From: Hydrolagus affinis
Taxonomy: Eukaryota
DNA: 64,000 bases
Direction: 5' to 3'
Assembly: GCA_012026655.1 (NCBI GenBank)
Contig: JAAILG010000013.1
Location: 1 to 64,000, forward strand
Within the stretch, counting starts at the first letter, position 1; each line of letters opens with the position of its first letter. Position numbers and translations under genes: made by a program. Below the pieces are notes generated by a model, which had not been told where the DNA came from, searched no databases, and worked only from the letters and a program-made list of their open reading frames with translations. Shown in pieces: positions 50,315 through 63,629 of this stretch.

Positions 50315-53300
50315 GCATGGGGTATACGTCTTCAGCTGCTGAAAGTGAAATCTACGCCTCCCAGATCTGATCGTCTGAGTTCCATTAGTGGAATTGCAGA
50401 GGTTGCACAATGTAAGTTGACATCGTGATGCAACCAGGTGGACAGGGCTTTCTGGCAGTGAGGAGGGATGATCAATAGGCTTGTGGGGGGTGGGGGTGGT
50501 GAGGGGTGGGGGGGGTGGAGGTGGGGAGGGGGGTTAGAAGATATTGGTAGGACAATGTGCAACGGGATTTGCAGCGCAAGGCAATTTTTGTTTTGCTCGC
50601 CCTGACTACAGGCACACTGTGGAGCTGTCCTACTTGAGCATAACAGCTGCTGTGTGCTGCGACCTGCCTCACTACATCTTTACATCCAACCTCTCTCACT
50701 CTGAGGGGAAGGAAAATCAAAATTAAAGATCCCAAATGTCCCTAAGTGCACTCAATCGCATTGAACGTCGCGCCGCAGACCTGCTCACGTAGCCAGAAAC
50801 TACAATTATTGTCAATTGCAGCGAGCTGCCCTGTGAGCGATCCTCGTTGCTGTGCTGTCTACTTAAAAGTCCAGCGCCCTAAAATGGGTTCCAAACCTGC
50901 CATCTGACCGGGTTTGCGAAGTATGTTTACCTTCTTCACAGTCAAACCGTTTTACCTCCAAATCTGGACGCGGTTGAGGATATGATCTTTGCTGGGATGG
51001 AACGAACGCTGTTTTGTAAACAGGTCGGCTGGCAGCACTGATATAGATGCCCGACCACAGACATGACAGTGCGTGACACTGGCCGCTTCAGCCACATGCT
51101 CCCAGACCGCTTACTGCACGCCTGCAACACAGAACGTGGCTGTCACACGCGTTTAGTCGCTCGCACGTGCAAGTTCTTCACTTAGGAGAACCAAAACCCT
51201 CTTGAATTACAAGCAAAATTGCGATGGGCGGACGGAAGATGGATAAATTATGTTCAAAAATCCACGTTTCAAACAACGGTAAGATTTCACTGAACACTTA
51301 AGTTTGGTTTAGGTGCGGTTTTTGAACTGCTGCCAAAAGAGTCGAAATCTTGTGTGAAATGTAACTTTAATAATTTCAACTTGCGTTTTCCTGGTTCGTG
51401 TGGAGTTTAAACACTGGCAGGGACTGGATTGGGGGTGAATGGCTGTTCTCTGTGTTGTATCACTCCAGGTAACCATGTAACCCGATGTGTGTATGTTTGG
51501 GTCTTTCAAGCTGTGTGCTCAAAGTAACGCGGTAACAAATATAGAGTATTTGATTATCACATCACATGCTGTATCTTTCACTACGCTGAACACAGGTACA
51601 AAGCTATTTGCTTAAGAGGTTCTGGAATGGGGGCTACATTCGCTTTCCAGGGCAAGTGCGTACAGAGCCTGCAGACTTTGATTCTTACATTTCTGCAGAC
51701 GCATCAGCTAACCACCATCGCCTCCAGTGGAGGACCCCCATTTGCACGGACCGTTAATGCCGGAGACAAAAGAATCGAGGGAACTTTCATTCTCAAGCCA
51801 GGTTGGTACTATTAAATAAAGTCGAACTACAACCATATCATCAAAGCACTCCATGGTCCAGTGCATGTCTCTTTCTGGCGTTAAAAAAAATATTACTTGC
51901 TTCATGCTTTTTCATGTCAAAACTACATTTCAACTGCTGTTTTTGATACCCTTAAGCGTATTCCACAATCTGCCCTGTAGCTTTTGCAGTTATTGTTACT
52001 TGCAAAGTGTAATGGATGATTGATTGATGGACGAGTGCTGACAGATCAATGAAGTTATTTCGACCAGCATCTCTATCAAATGATGCGCAGGGTATATTTT
52101 CTGCCCATGGCTCATTACCTCAGAATGACATTTCTGAAACTTCATTTTCTTTTTTGCCCCCCCCACCCCTCCCCTTCTCCTCAAAGCATGATACTTTTGT
52201 ATTCTGAACCTGGCTATGCATGCCATGAGAAAAGCAATTTTGCTATTATGTCCAACTGGAGTTTGACTGACACAGTCCCTGGGAGGTGAATGACAGATTT
52301 TTTATGCTGGGTTTAAGAGGGCTACAGAATTTATTTTGTAATACAAAAGACTGAAAGGCTTTTCTGTCAGGCATCATTCAGTCACAACCCACGAAGAGCT
52401 TCTGAGGCACTCGTTCCTCTATGTCTAACCTCCCTGGTCCGCTCCCCAGGTCTGCACAAGATACACAACAATCAAATCCATCTGCTGTCTGCCCGCCCTG
52501 ATCCTCACTAGTGGACAAGGTTTTTTTTTGCCCCTAAGGACCGAATCTACTCTGCATTATACAGGATAAGGAGATGATTTCTACGCTGGAAATATACAGT
52601 AACTGTGCCAGTAGTCAGTTGTATTAAAACGAAATGAGATTTGTGGCTCCAGAATCTTCAGCGACGACTGATTTTATTGAATTTTCATCGAACAGTCACA
52701 AAGTGTCACACAACCTTCAGACCTAAAGAGCCATTATCCTTTTGTGTGCTCTATGGAGATTCAATGATAAAGCTTAAAATAATATAAAGTGCCCAATTAA
52801 AGAGGATGGATGGAAGAATGCGATGTGGAAGGAGGGGCTCCGTGACAGTGGAATGGCACTGCGACAAGCTCTAGGGATTAACTCCATAAGGATTTGGGCC
52901 ACTTGGAGTGGGAAGCCATAAATCAGAGGCTACCGAAGATGGGCATCAGATTGCTCCTCGGCTCCAGCGAGGAAAGGCACAAGCAGAGTGCAGCAAAACG
53001 TCCTTGAGAATGTACAGGCCTAGACTAACAGCGAAGGCTAGACAATGGCCCAAATTGACCCTAAACCTTATCAACCAAATGGCTCGGTTTATGAATCAGT
53101 GAACTAATGCTCTTAAGACAAAACCTGAAGTGCACTTTCATTGGGTTTCTTCCTCCCCTTCCTCCCCCACATTGAAAACAAACAGAACCAATGCCTCTCT
53201 TTGCTTTATCCCTGTCTTGCCAATGCACCATGCCCTTCCCAATAGTGTGATAGAGGGCAGCTAACCTCTGCCAGCAATCTGTCGATTGGGCTCAATGAAA

Positions 53301-53519
53301 TGCTGTCAAATTGAACAAACACAGCAGTGGCCTGGGTGACTGATGTGCCGATTTTCCTTTGTTTTGTCTCTCTTTAAAATGTTTTAAAGACCTGATTAGG
53401 AATTAGGAAACATTAGGAAACTAATCAGACAAACAAAAGGGGCTAACATGGGCTAACTAAGTAACTGGACCTTGCCTTAAGTTCTAACAAGATGGTGTTT
53501 AAATGTTAAAAGTTCTGAA

Positions 53520-53665
53520 AGCAATAATAATAATAATGATGCTAATAATACTAACGATGATATAGCATTTGATGTAGCACCTAATCGCGTTGTCGAGACG
53601 TTCTCAAAGCACTTTGCAGCCTGCACTGTAAAGTGGTGCTTACTGTGTGCATTCTGTGGGTGAAT
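53520..53665 (-). mobile_element. SINE family A 3' fragment
   Basis: (AAT)n, GCATTTGATGTAGCACC, CTCAAAGCACTTTG, CTGTAAAGTG. Confidence 0.75.
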
Positions 53666-54189
53666 ATTCAGGAATAAATGCCTGGAATTGCCTTCATTTT
53701 TGCATACTATCTAAAATAGACAGGACCTGTTTTTTTCTTCTCCTTCCATAGAACCCCACCCATCACCATTAAATGATGCCTTTAAAAATAAACTCCAAAA
53801 GCGAGTGACTGCGGGGCAGATAGGCAGCATCATTCTCTGTAGCGGTTTCTGAGGTGGTGAAATGTGACATGTTTTCAGCTCGCCTTGTCACTTGCAGCTC
53901 CCAGAAAAACAACCAGGAGGTGAGGCCACCTCGTGGGCATCTTTACTTTCTGAATAATGATTCTAAAAATATTCAGACGTTGAATACATCGGAGCACAAG
54001 GCCATAGCTGTGCGGATTCCTGGGGTAAGTTGCCTTGAGAGGTGCCCAAATTTGAATGGATATCAGATGCCACGGACGGCCTCTTGTCTAGAAAGTCAGA
54101 CCACAAGTATTTTCGAACAAAATGGACTAACTTATTTACAGACTGCTTACAGTCGGCCATAGTTACGTACTGGGTGGCTCTAGGGCTAG

Positions 54190-54306
54190 CTCAAGTCACC
54201 TGCCTCCACCTCCGAGCTCGGCCCAGGGCTCTACCACTGTGAAGCGCTCTGAGACGCTGCCCGGTGTGGAAGTTGCTATACAAATGCAAATTGTTGTTGT
54301 TGTTGC
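54190..54306 (+). mobile_element. L2 3' end, same subfamily as 22700-22831
   Basis: ACTGTGAAGCGCTCTGAGACGCTGCCCGGTGTGGAAG..ATACAAATGCAAA(TTG)n. Confidence 0.8.
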
Positions 54307-54775
54307 TGCTGTCTTTTTTATTCCCTCAAAAGCATCCAATCGGACCAAAATATTTACCACTCACCCAATTGCCCTTCAATTCCTACCTAATCTGTAGCCC
54401 ATTTTGTCACAAAATTATACGGGCGGTGGAGAACTCTGGAAAACTCTTAGTCCTTGTGACTTGATTTAGAAGCGAGTTTTCTTGCGGTCCTTACAGATTC
54501 AGGCGCAATCTTTGCGGCGATTCTGCACGACATTAAATTCCGAGATAAAATGGGAGATAGCGCGGTGGGAGTTACAGCCGTCACAGATTGTGGCCAAGTG
54601 CCAGGTTGCTTGTTGCCTTACGAGTTAGGAATATCATCACCAGCTTTGGAACACCAACATCAGCTTTACTAAAAAAAGTCCCCTGCTTTTTGACCCGTAA
54701 AATGTTCAGAAAACGCAAAATGCAGGAATTGTCAAGCGTGCGAACAGCTGCTGTGCAGTGACAAGAGCACGGAGG

Positions 54776-54856
54776 CCTCTCTCTTTCTTTCTCTCTCTTT
54801 CTCCCCCTCTCTTTTCCCTTTCTCTCCCCCTCTCTTTCTCTCTCTCTGTGTCTCTC
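54776..54856. repeat. Degenerate (CT)n tract
   Basis: Seen directly; similar tracts at 128-172 and 57510-57543. Confidence 0.9.
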
Positions 54857-55371
54857 CTTGGGTAAGGAGCTGTTTTACACTTGTACATCCTTGCTTTCAC
54901 AGGCTGTGGACCTACTGCATTTGTGAAGCAAACCCGCTGGGAAATGCTGCTCTATTTTTCCAACACTAACTGACGGTTTGAATCCAAAATCCCAAGTCTG
55001 TGAGAGACAACGGTCTTTTAAACAATCGCAGGAGACAAGGGGCAGACAAGATGGAATAATAATCCTTGTATTTGCTACAGTGCCTTTCACTTCATGAGGA
55101 TATATTGTACAGTGGAGTACCACATGCTTTTTTATGGGTGACTGTTAGAGGGGTGATGGTATACATCATTAATTTATGTTGATCACTTAACCCTACAAAC
55201 AGTCAACCCACTTTAGCATTTATCCTATGAGGCGTTTTTGACTTTCTCACAATGTGAAAGGCACTATACCAAATGTGTGGTTTATTATTAGTGCTGATTT
55301 TTGCTAACTGATGGTAAAAATCCTCTACCACAATAATAACTGATTTAGCTTTTCATAAGCATTCCCCAGGG

Positions 55372-55422
55372 GGAACACAGGAACAGGAGGAGGCCATTCG
55401 GCCCATCGAGCCTGTTCCACCG
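55372..55422 (-). mobile_element. CR1-type LINE/SINE 3' tail
   Basis: GGAACAGGAGGAGGCCATTCGGCCCATCGAGCCTGTTCCACC is the reverse of the CR1 3' stem (GGGCCGAATGGCCT). Confidence 0.7.
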
Positions 55423-58189
55423 AGCGATTCGATCTCAGCAGATCTTTAGAAGTATTTGTGCGGTCTCATCCCCAGCTCCTTCGGGAGAAGTGGGGAGAAC
55501 AATGGTTCGTTTCACTGAACTGTATCAATGGCAATCGCAGAACAACCCTGCCCACTTCCACCGGGGAAGTGAATACGAACAAGTGAGAGCACCCCACCCG
55601 CCCCCCCCCACTGGTTACATACCCACAGAGCTAGTGTGAGCCCCGCTGTACGGGGTTGGTGGGGGTTGGTTGTTATAGGGTGAAATCCTGCCTTTGGCAA
55701 CGCAATGATGTACTTGATCGGGCCAACACTCACACACCAGCGCCAGACAAAAATGAGAAAAGCTGAATTTTAAAATATTATTTTTAATATAAAAAGTGTG
55801 GTATAAATAGAATACATACCAGTGAGCATTCATTCACCCTCCCTTTTGTCTAGAAAACAAAATCCCACTCTTGAGGAGGCAGATCTCATAAACCTCAAGC
55901 ACCACAATTTATGAAATCTGACTTCTCCCGGGTGAGATCGTATTTCAGGCACTCTCACTTGCCGATGCATATCCTCTATACCGGCAAACGTTGTACCTTA
56001 AGGGGTGTCTTATAACATCAGTGAGATAACAGTCTGACTTGTACATGTGTCCCAGAATTGATCAGTCTTAACAAAAAAAAACAACCGGAAAAAAAAGAAA
56101 GCCTCAGCATGTTGTAAAAAATAAACCTTGAATTAAACAGGTCGGTTGGTACAATGTCCCATTTGTCCACCTGTGTAGAATGAGCTGAATACCTGATGTG
56201 TGCCTGTGGTATTTATTGAACTCATTGCTGCAACCTCATCACTCATTTGTGACTTTGTCTCCTGGGTGACTTTTATCAGGGATGAATGGAGATACATTCC
56301 CTACACCTCGGGTTGCCACGCGTCCTGGGTTATATTGTCTGCGGAAACAGAAGGTAGCAGTATTGAACTGTCGCTCTGTCTGCTCGCTCGTGATACGTTT
56401 TGTCTTCCTTCCTCGTGGGTTCTTACTCTGCGGGACGTAGAATGTCGGAGGAGGCCATTTTTAACGCAGCCGGAGCCTGGCTTCCTGGCAGCGAGAGTGT
56501 CTTTGTGTTAATCGTCGTTCCTACCCTCGGAGAAGCTGAATATGTGCTCTATTCCAGCAGAATGATTAACAAGGTACAAGTTTTTTTTCTGGCTAGGCCT
56601 CACTCACTGCTTCATCAGTCCTTTTCTTCTTACTTAAGACAGATTGATCCCTTGTGCAGTTATATTGGGAGTGGGCAACCCCGACTGGAGAAATAACATC
56701 TGCACTGGCTACAAAGCACCTCATTCAGAGCCCCTGCAGTCTTGTAGTCTCCATCCAGCTCTAATTCATTGTCAGCTTCAACAGTAAAGACATTACTTTC
56801 CAACGTGATTGTATCTTTGCATTAAACTCGGGCATTAAAGTTTGAAAAATGGTACCTTTTTCTTGCCATCAAGAGTAACCAATTGACGAAATAAGCACAT
56901 CAATGTTCCTGGCAATTATCCCCTACAGAAACACTTTGCTATATGTGCCGGGCATAAGCAGCGGGGAGTAGAGAGACAGAGCACAGTTTATCAATGAAAA
57001 TCTAATAACATCCATAAGAATCAAGCTGAAAATCAATACTTCATTACCAAATTGTTAGTGAGAATGAAGAGTAATTGCAGGAGTTAAGCACTCGTTGCGG
57101 TCATAGCATGTGGAGTTCAATGTCGGAGCTGGAGTGAAGGAAGAGAGTCTTGAAAAGGACGACTGGTCTGTAGATTCTGATCACTGTTTATACCTTTGCC
57201 CTAAGGGGAAAGAAAAGGATGACATTATTACTACATTGCAACTTCCTTTCTTACTTCCTTTTTTTGTTTAATCCTTAACTCTCGAGACGCAAGTAATTAG
57301 AAGGAAAAAAAGAAGTGGGGAATGTGGTGTCAAGGCTGTTGGTGAATTCCGTTAGTTGGATGAGCCACCAAATCGCCAAATCTCTGGCTCCCATTCATCA
57401 CCGAGAAGAATTTCACTGATCAGGTTTCGAAATTCATGAAGTTTCTTCCCGAGACTTTGTGCCCAGCCTAAAGTACTTTCACCGGCAATTAAAAGCTTTC
57501 AAGGGCTCACTCTTTCTTTCTCTCTCTCTCTCTCTCTCTCTCTGTCCTTTATATGCAGGGCACACCACAGTATGCATAAGGTTAAAGAGACTAAATGGAA
57601 AAGTCAAGCCACATGAGGTGGAATGCAATTTTTTTTAAGACTGGATACCATTCAGTCTACCTCCCCAAACCACTCCAACTATATCAAGCCACTGGTTTTA
57701 ACCCTTTTATGAGTTGCTAGATGGTCAAATCAGCAATCAGCAAATCTTCAAAACCAATAATGCAATTCTCTGGTACTGAGAGCTGTTAAAATCTCAAAGG
57801 AATTTAAACATTCTTTCTCGTACGATTCAACTTGACTCGCACCAATGGCAATTCTCAGCAATTAGGTGCACTGCTCTGCCTGTAACTTTGAGGGTTTGGA
57901 GGGCATTGCTCTCGAGTTCCACAGGGCAGCAAATCATAACAGGCCTACATCACTGCTCCGCTAACTAATCATTGGAGGCAGATTCAGTCGCTGAAAACGC
58001 AACTCGGAAGGAGCAAGTTAACTCGGAACCTCAGCAGTGATCGGCAGAAATCATCTCACTTTTTGGGGGGGGTGGGGGGGGAACGTGGAGGGAGCTGGGG
58101 TTAAAAGAATACATACAGCTGTTTAAAAAGCACAACTTAGGAATAAGAGAAAAACAGACATGGCAATACTCTCTATTAAAAAAACACTT

Positions 58190-58552
58190 TATAATAATAC
58201 AGTAATAAGCTTTGTATTCGGTGTATCACCTTATCCCGTGTTTGTAATGACAACAAGCATTTCACTGTAAAGCGAATTGACTGTATATTTTGTGCGTGAA
58301 ACGCGGCAGCCACACACGGCAGTGTCCCCCAAACAGTCGTGGATTGAGTGACCAAATTATTCTTTTTCTAAAGGATTATTATGCCTGGAAAGCAAACCAC
58401 CAATTGGCCAACAACCAGGTTCCTACTTACAGCTGGTAAATAGAGGCGTACGACGTAAGGGAACTTGCCTAAGGTTTCGCCCTGCCTCGGGAATCGAACT
58501 GCGGTCCTCTCACTTGCGAGGCGACTACTCTAACCACTACATTACAGGACTT
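58190..58552 (-). mobile_element. Full-length tRNA-derived SINE family A
   Basis: Reverse complement of the 43762 element, with a (TAA)n-type tail at left and reverse B box GGAATCGAAC near 58490. Confidence 0.9.
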
Positions 58553-59361
58553 GGGAGTTTGTCTTCGACATTTTGCAAGCGAAGCAGACGTATTGAAAAC
58601 AGAGTTTACGCCGAGGAACATCTGGAAGAACGATCTGTGCATTTCTGACGGGCTGAGATTATGGAGCTGAGGCTGAGACTGCACAACATTGCAGAACGGG
58701 TCAGCACAATCCTAACGCAGCGATTGCTCTGTTTGCTGCTGCCAGTGAAGCTGCCTCGCTCACTCCCAGCAGTATTGCAACCTGGAATGAACAAGCTTGA
58801 TTTACACTTCCTGCTCCACAACACATCCAATCGGGGGCCATAAGAAAACAAACGTCCGAGCAGAACACCAATATATTTATATATATGTATGTACATATAC
58901 CGCGCTCAACCATCTTTTACTGGTATTAAAGGGTAAAACAGATTCTGCTTTAAGATTATCTAAAAAGTTCTGTTCCAAACCATGGCGATGGACCTAGAGC
59001 TGGTGAAGGACCACGAGAAGAGAGACGGAGGCCAGTGTGTTCATACTGAGTGTCAGACAGCTCGTGCAAGGCACTTCCTTCAGAAGATTCTTGCTGCTCT
59101 CCCTCACTTGCCTCAGTTGTAAGCCTGACTGTGAGAAGCTGCTGAAACTGTGGCAAAGCCCCATTAAACACGGCATAAATCACCGTTCTCCTGTTTAGTC
59201 CAGTGACTGTAAGGTTTTAAATCACATTCCTGCACAAATCAGGTGGTGGGAGGAGAATGGGCTATTTCCTCTCTACTTTTCAGGTTTTGTTAACCATGGT
59301 CATGCCACATACCCTACAACCAATGGAAAGGATTGCACTTTCCCTCTGCATAGTTGCATAT

Positions 59362-59462
59362 ACATAGTCAATTCACTTGATAGTATATTCTGTGAAGCGC
59401 TTTGAGATGTCTAAATAATGTGAAAAAGTGCTATATCAAATGCAAGGATTATTATTATTATT
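59362..59462 (+). mobile_element. SINE family A 3' end
   Basis: AGTCAATTCAC..GTGAAGCGCTTTGAGATG..TATCAAATGCAAGGATTATTATTATT. Confidence 0.85.
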
Positions 59463-60504
59463 CTTAGCACAAATCGCATACTCCATTTTTAGATGATGCG
59501 TGAGACCGAGTGTTAGAGCCTTTTGGTTTTATCGCCAGTCAGTGATTCAATCAGCCTGTCTGACAAGTGGAAATAAAACTCATATGTCCCAAGGAGGCAT
59601 CGAGTGGACTCCGCTTATTTTTTTTTCGTGTGTGCAATAATATTACTGCAATCCTTAGGCAGTTGAGAGACATTCACACAAATACTGCTTGGGCAGTGAA
59701 ACCCGATCAGCCAGCTGTCTGGTCGGCCCCAGTAACACATCATTTTTAATATAGCAACCACGCACCGAAGCAACAAAATAAATATATTCCCTCATCAAAT
59801 ATTGCCAGTTCAGGCAGCGTGGAGCTATGCCACCTAGTAACAGAGGAGGGCCCTGGGTTGAGTCTCTCTCTGGGCTCTGAATTTCACCCACATCAGTGGG
59901 ATGACTCAACTGGGACATTCCTGGTGGGCTATTATCACAGCAGGGAGGGGGAGTTCAACCATTCTCTGGTCCTCACATGCTGAGGATGTTAATTTTGCAC
60001 CAACCTAAACGGGGGCGGCGGTGGGGGGGGAGGATAAGAGAGACAATAAAAACGAGGGAAACATACACACAATCATTAAAAGAAAGAAAAGCAATTGCCT
60101 TTGCCTCCTTCTCTAAGACGTAACCATGGGGAGCGACCCTGTGAAGGGGACGAGCTGTTCACCTGCTGCTTTATTTGGCAAAAACATCACGTGAAATACA
60201 CACGTTGTTTTGCTGCAACATTCAGTACAGTAATTTGCCTTTGTTATAAGCACATGTCAGCTTGTTCAATTGTCTCTGCTTCAAAACATGCTCGGAGCGA
60301 CCTGCGAGCCTCATTTTTGCGGAGGTGATTTGGGTCGGTGTGATTTCCCCAAAGGGCACTTCTCGCAGTGTTGCAATGAGCCCGAGTACAGTGACATACT
60401 CCATCAAACAGACGCAGGCTGGGTGCTAATTGTAGTAACGAACCATCGGCATCTTCCAATCCCCTCCTTCCCCCCCCGCCACCCCGTCCTCAGCTCGAGT
60501 CTGA

Positions 60505-60588
60505 AGCAGTGACTGTCCACCGCCTTGGGATGTCCTCCTGACCTGAAAAGCGCTGTACAAGTGTAATTTTGTTGTTGTTATTTTGTTG
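60505..60588 (+). mobile_element. L2-tail insertion
   Basis: TGACTGTCCACCGCCTTGGGATGTCCTCCTGACCTGAAAAGCGCTGTACAAGTGTAATTTTGTTGTTGTT. Confidence 0.8.
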
Positions 60589-61204
60589 TAAGTCAAAGTG
60601 ACAACCATTCCCTTTCACAGTGAGAAGATTGTGGGCTCAAGACCCATCTTGGGGACTCTGAACTCATATCATCTAGGATGACACTCCTTTTGAGCTGCTT
60701 TACTTACTTAGGCTATTGAGAACATTTCAGGCAACACCCAACCCTATCATCACCTTGGTATCCACATCCGCACACTTTTCGGTCATGAGAAGCAGGAATT
60801 TGAGCTGATTTTCACTTCCCTAGCCCACAGGCAACAAACCAAATGGAACATTTATTTCCTCCCCACCACCCTCCACCGCCCCCAACGCTTACCAGCTGAG
60901 CGGAGGGGCAACGGCGAAACCTAGGACCTCACAAATTAGTTTCAGCTGGTGTCAGCATCACAAAGTCAAACCAAAAAAACTGAAAATCTTTCAGTTGAGT
61001 TAATAACCTAAGATTTAGTGATGGTGAAAGATATGCTGCACGACTGACTGAATAATTAATTAGTTCTAAGAGAGCATTCTCCATACTCAGCATTGAGCTG
61101 TGGTGAGGACGTGTTACCCGACCCACGCTGTAGTAATTCCAGTCTGTACACTTCACGTTCCCACATCTGTCTTTTTCCAAACCTATCACTTGGTGGACAA
61201 AAAT

Positions 61205-61925
61205 ATGATAACAACAATAATCCTAGCATTTGATATACTAGTGCCTTATCTCATTGTCGAATTTCTCAATGTGCTTCGCAGGATTTACTGTTAATTGCAC
61301 AGCGAATGAAAATTCTTAGGGGAGCCTGGCAGCCCCATGGCAGAATGTCCCCCAAACAGCCATGAAAGGGCTTGACCAATATTTTCTTCCATCGGTTGTC
61401 TGTAATAATAATAATCTTTGCATTTGATATAACAGCTTATCACACCGTTGGGACATCTCAGAGTTTCACGGGATAACAACAACAACAACTTCGATTTACA
61501 TAACGCCCTCCATGCTAGTTTCACTGGATACACTGTAAAGTGGTGCGACTGTGTGTATTTTGTGGGCAATCAAGAATAGACTCCTATCTGGATTGTCTGG
61601 GCAATACATTAACATTATATTTGCCAGCACGTGGGATTATATAATAATAATAATGATATTAATCCTTGCATTTGATATAGCGCTTTTCACATCTTATCAA
61701 TGTCTCAAAGCGCTTCACAGAATATACTGTAAAGTGAATTGACTGTATATCTGTGGGTGAAATATATATAAGGATGGAATTCAATGGGCTGAAGAGCCAA
61801 TTTTATGTAGTAATCCTTGTATTAAAGATAGTCTGATCATGTTGTCGGGACGTCTTATCTGGTGTATTTGTGGGTGAAACCGACAGCCACCTTGCAGAAC
61901 GGTGATGTTCCACAAACAGCTGTGG
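61205..61925 (-). mobile_element. Cluster of at least three same-orientation SINE family A 3' fragments
   Basis: GCATTTGATAT tails near 61225, 61420 and 61668, each followed by family body sequence. Confidence 0.85.
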
Positions 61926-63319
61926 CGTGATCTCGTAAAAGTCATAATGCAGTGTCATACTATTCTCTGAAGTCTGCGTTTTTTTCGCAGCCGGACTTGG
62001 GCATAAACACGAGAGATCCGCACGTACAAATCTGCAGAGACTCGCCGTTTCATCACTTGAGGACAATTCCGAAGATGAAAAATAAATCATGCGGAAGGGG
62101 GTGGGGGGGGGGGGGGAGGTGAATCTCGTGCGGAGGGAGGGTTACCTGGGTCCTTGCGATTGAGATAAGAAACTTGCAAATTTCATGTATCACCCACCCA
62201 ACAAAACAAAATTAAGCCAGAGAAGCCTCCCCAACTGCACAGTGATAGTAAACTCTAAGGTGGATGCATCTGGCGTGATGAGATCTATTGTGTGGACGCA
62301 GGCTGTATAGCTGCTGCAGTCTTGTGCTGGCTGCGATCTGCACAATGCCAACACTCCTTGGTAATCAGCTCTTCCGCAGAATGTATCACTAGTTAAGGGA
62401 GCAGGCTAGCCACCCACAGGGGAAGCGACGGCAATGAGCTTGGCTCTGTATCAATGGACACACCGGGAGTGAAGGAAACTTTACTGTCAAGCAACTCCTT
62501 AAAAATATTTTCCTTTAAAGCTGGGGCTGGGGACCACCTTACTTCACTGAGGCAATCTGATGGCTTACAGAGACTTTTTTTTTAAAAAAAAGAGAAAATG
62601 AAGAGATTTAAAAATAAATAAAAATTCTATCAGGTATATAAATATTGTATCACATACACACATTTTGTTGAAAGAATTGGTGCTGTTTGCATCATCAAGA
62701 GAACCGGCTTGGAAGAGTTACTGAGCCTGACAGTATTAAATTAATATACACAGCTAAAATGACTTGATGGCTGAAACACTCCTAGGTTAATGACTGTATC
62801 TGTCGATTGTAGTTCAGCTTCCTCACACTCGGTCTCAGTAACTCTTCTCAGCCAGACCTCCTGATATTATCATCCCACATTCTCAGCCTCCCCAAGGATT
62901 TACCATTCTCCTCTCCCCTCCCCTCACCTCCCTCGCACTCGCAACCCCCACCCAAAAAGGATGTATCGAAGAAGGACGTAAAAGAACACACGATTCTTTT
63001 AAAATTAGATTCATTTGAAAATTGAAGTTTTTAACAGATGAGAATCTGTAACTGGGCCTGTTGATTCTTTCTGTTCCTTTAATCAAAATGATTATTCGCT
63101 CCCCAAGTCCCTAAAAAAAAATTTTCTTCCCCCAATGAAAGGATTTAATTAGGCTGTTTTTAAACTTTGAGGCAGAAAATCGACAAATTTAATTTAAAGC
63201 TGGAAAGAGTATAGGATTGGAGTGAAAACGGAATGCTTCATAGGAGATTTGATAATTATTGAATAAACTCGACTGCCGTGTTTCTGCCACAAAATACACT
63301 TTCAATCCATTTTACAATG

Positions 63320-63455
63320 TATTCTATGAAGGTGTTATATCAAATGCAAGAATTAATAATAATAATTATTATTTCGTTTGATATAGTGCTTTTCATGTCT
63401 TCGAGACGTCTCAAAGCGCTTCACAGAATGTACTGTAAAATGAATTGACTGTACG
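63320..63455. mobile_element. Tail-to-tail SINE family A fragments
   Basis: TATATCAAATGCAAGAATTAATAATAAT followed by TTTGATATAGTGCTTTTCATGTCTTCGAGACGTCTCAAAGCGCTTCACAGAA. Confidence 0.8.
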
Positions 63456-63629
63456 GTATATTACTATTATTAAAAAAAGGCCCAGGAGTATTGCCAGTCT
63501 CTGCTAATATCACTTTAAATGTCCCCCACACCTTCCAAAAACAAAATCAGCTTTCCTACACGTTATTTTAGTGCCAATTTGCTATCCTTTCCTCAATATC
63601 CTCAGCTCCTGAAGCTGCTCACTAATGCT

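Noticed and set aside
61205-61765. CRISPR-like or tandem array of recurring GCATTTGATAT units
   Set aside because: Irregularly spaced, diverged SINE tails in eukaryotic DNA; no cas genes.
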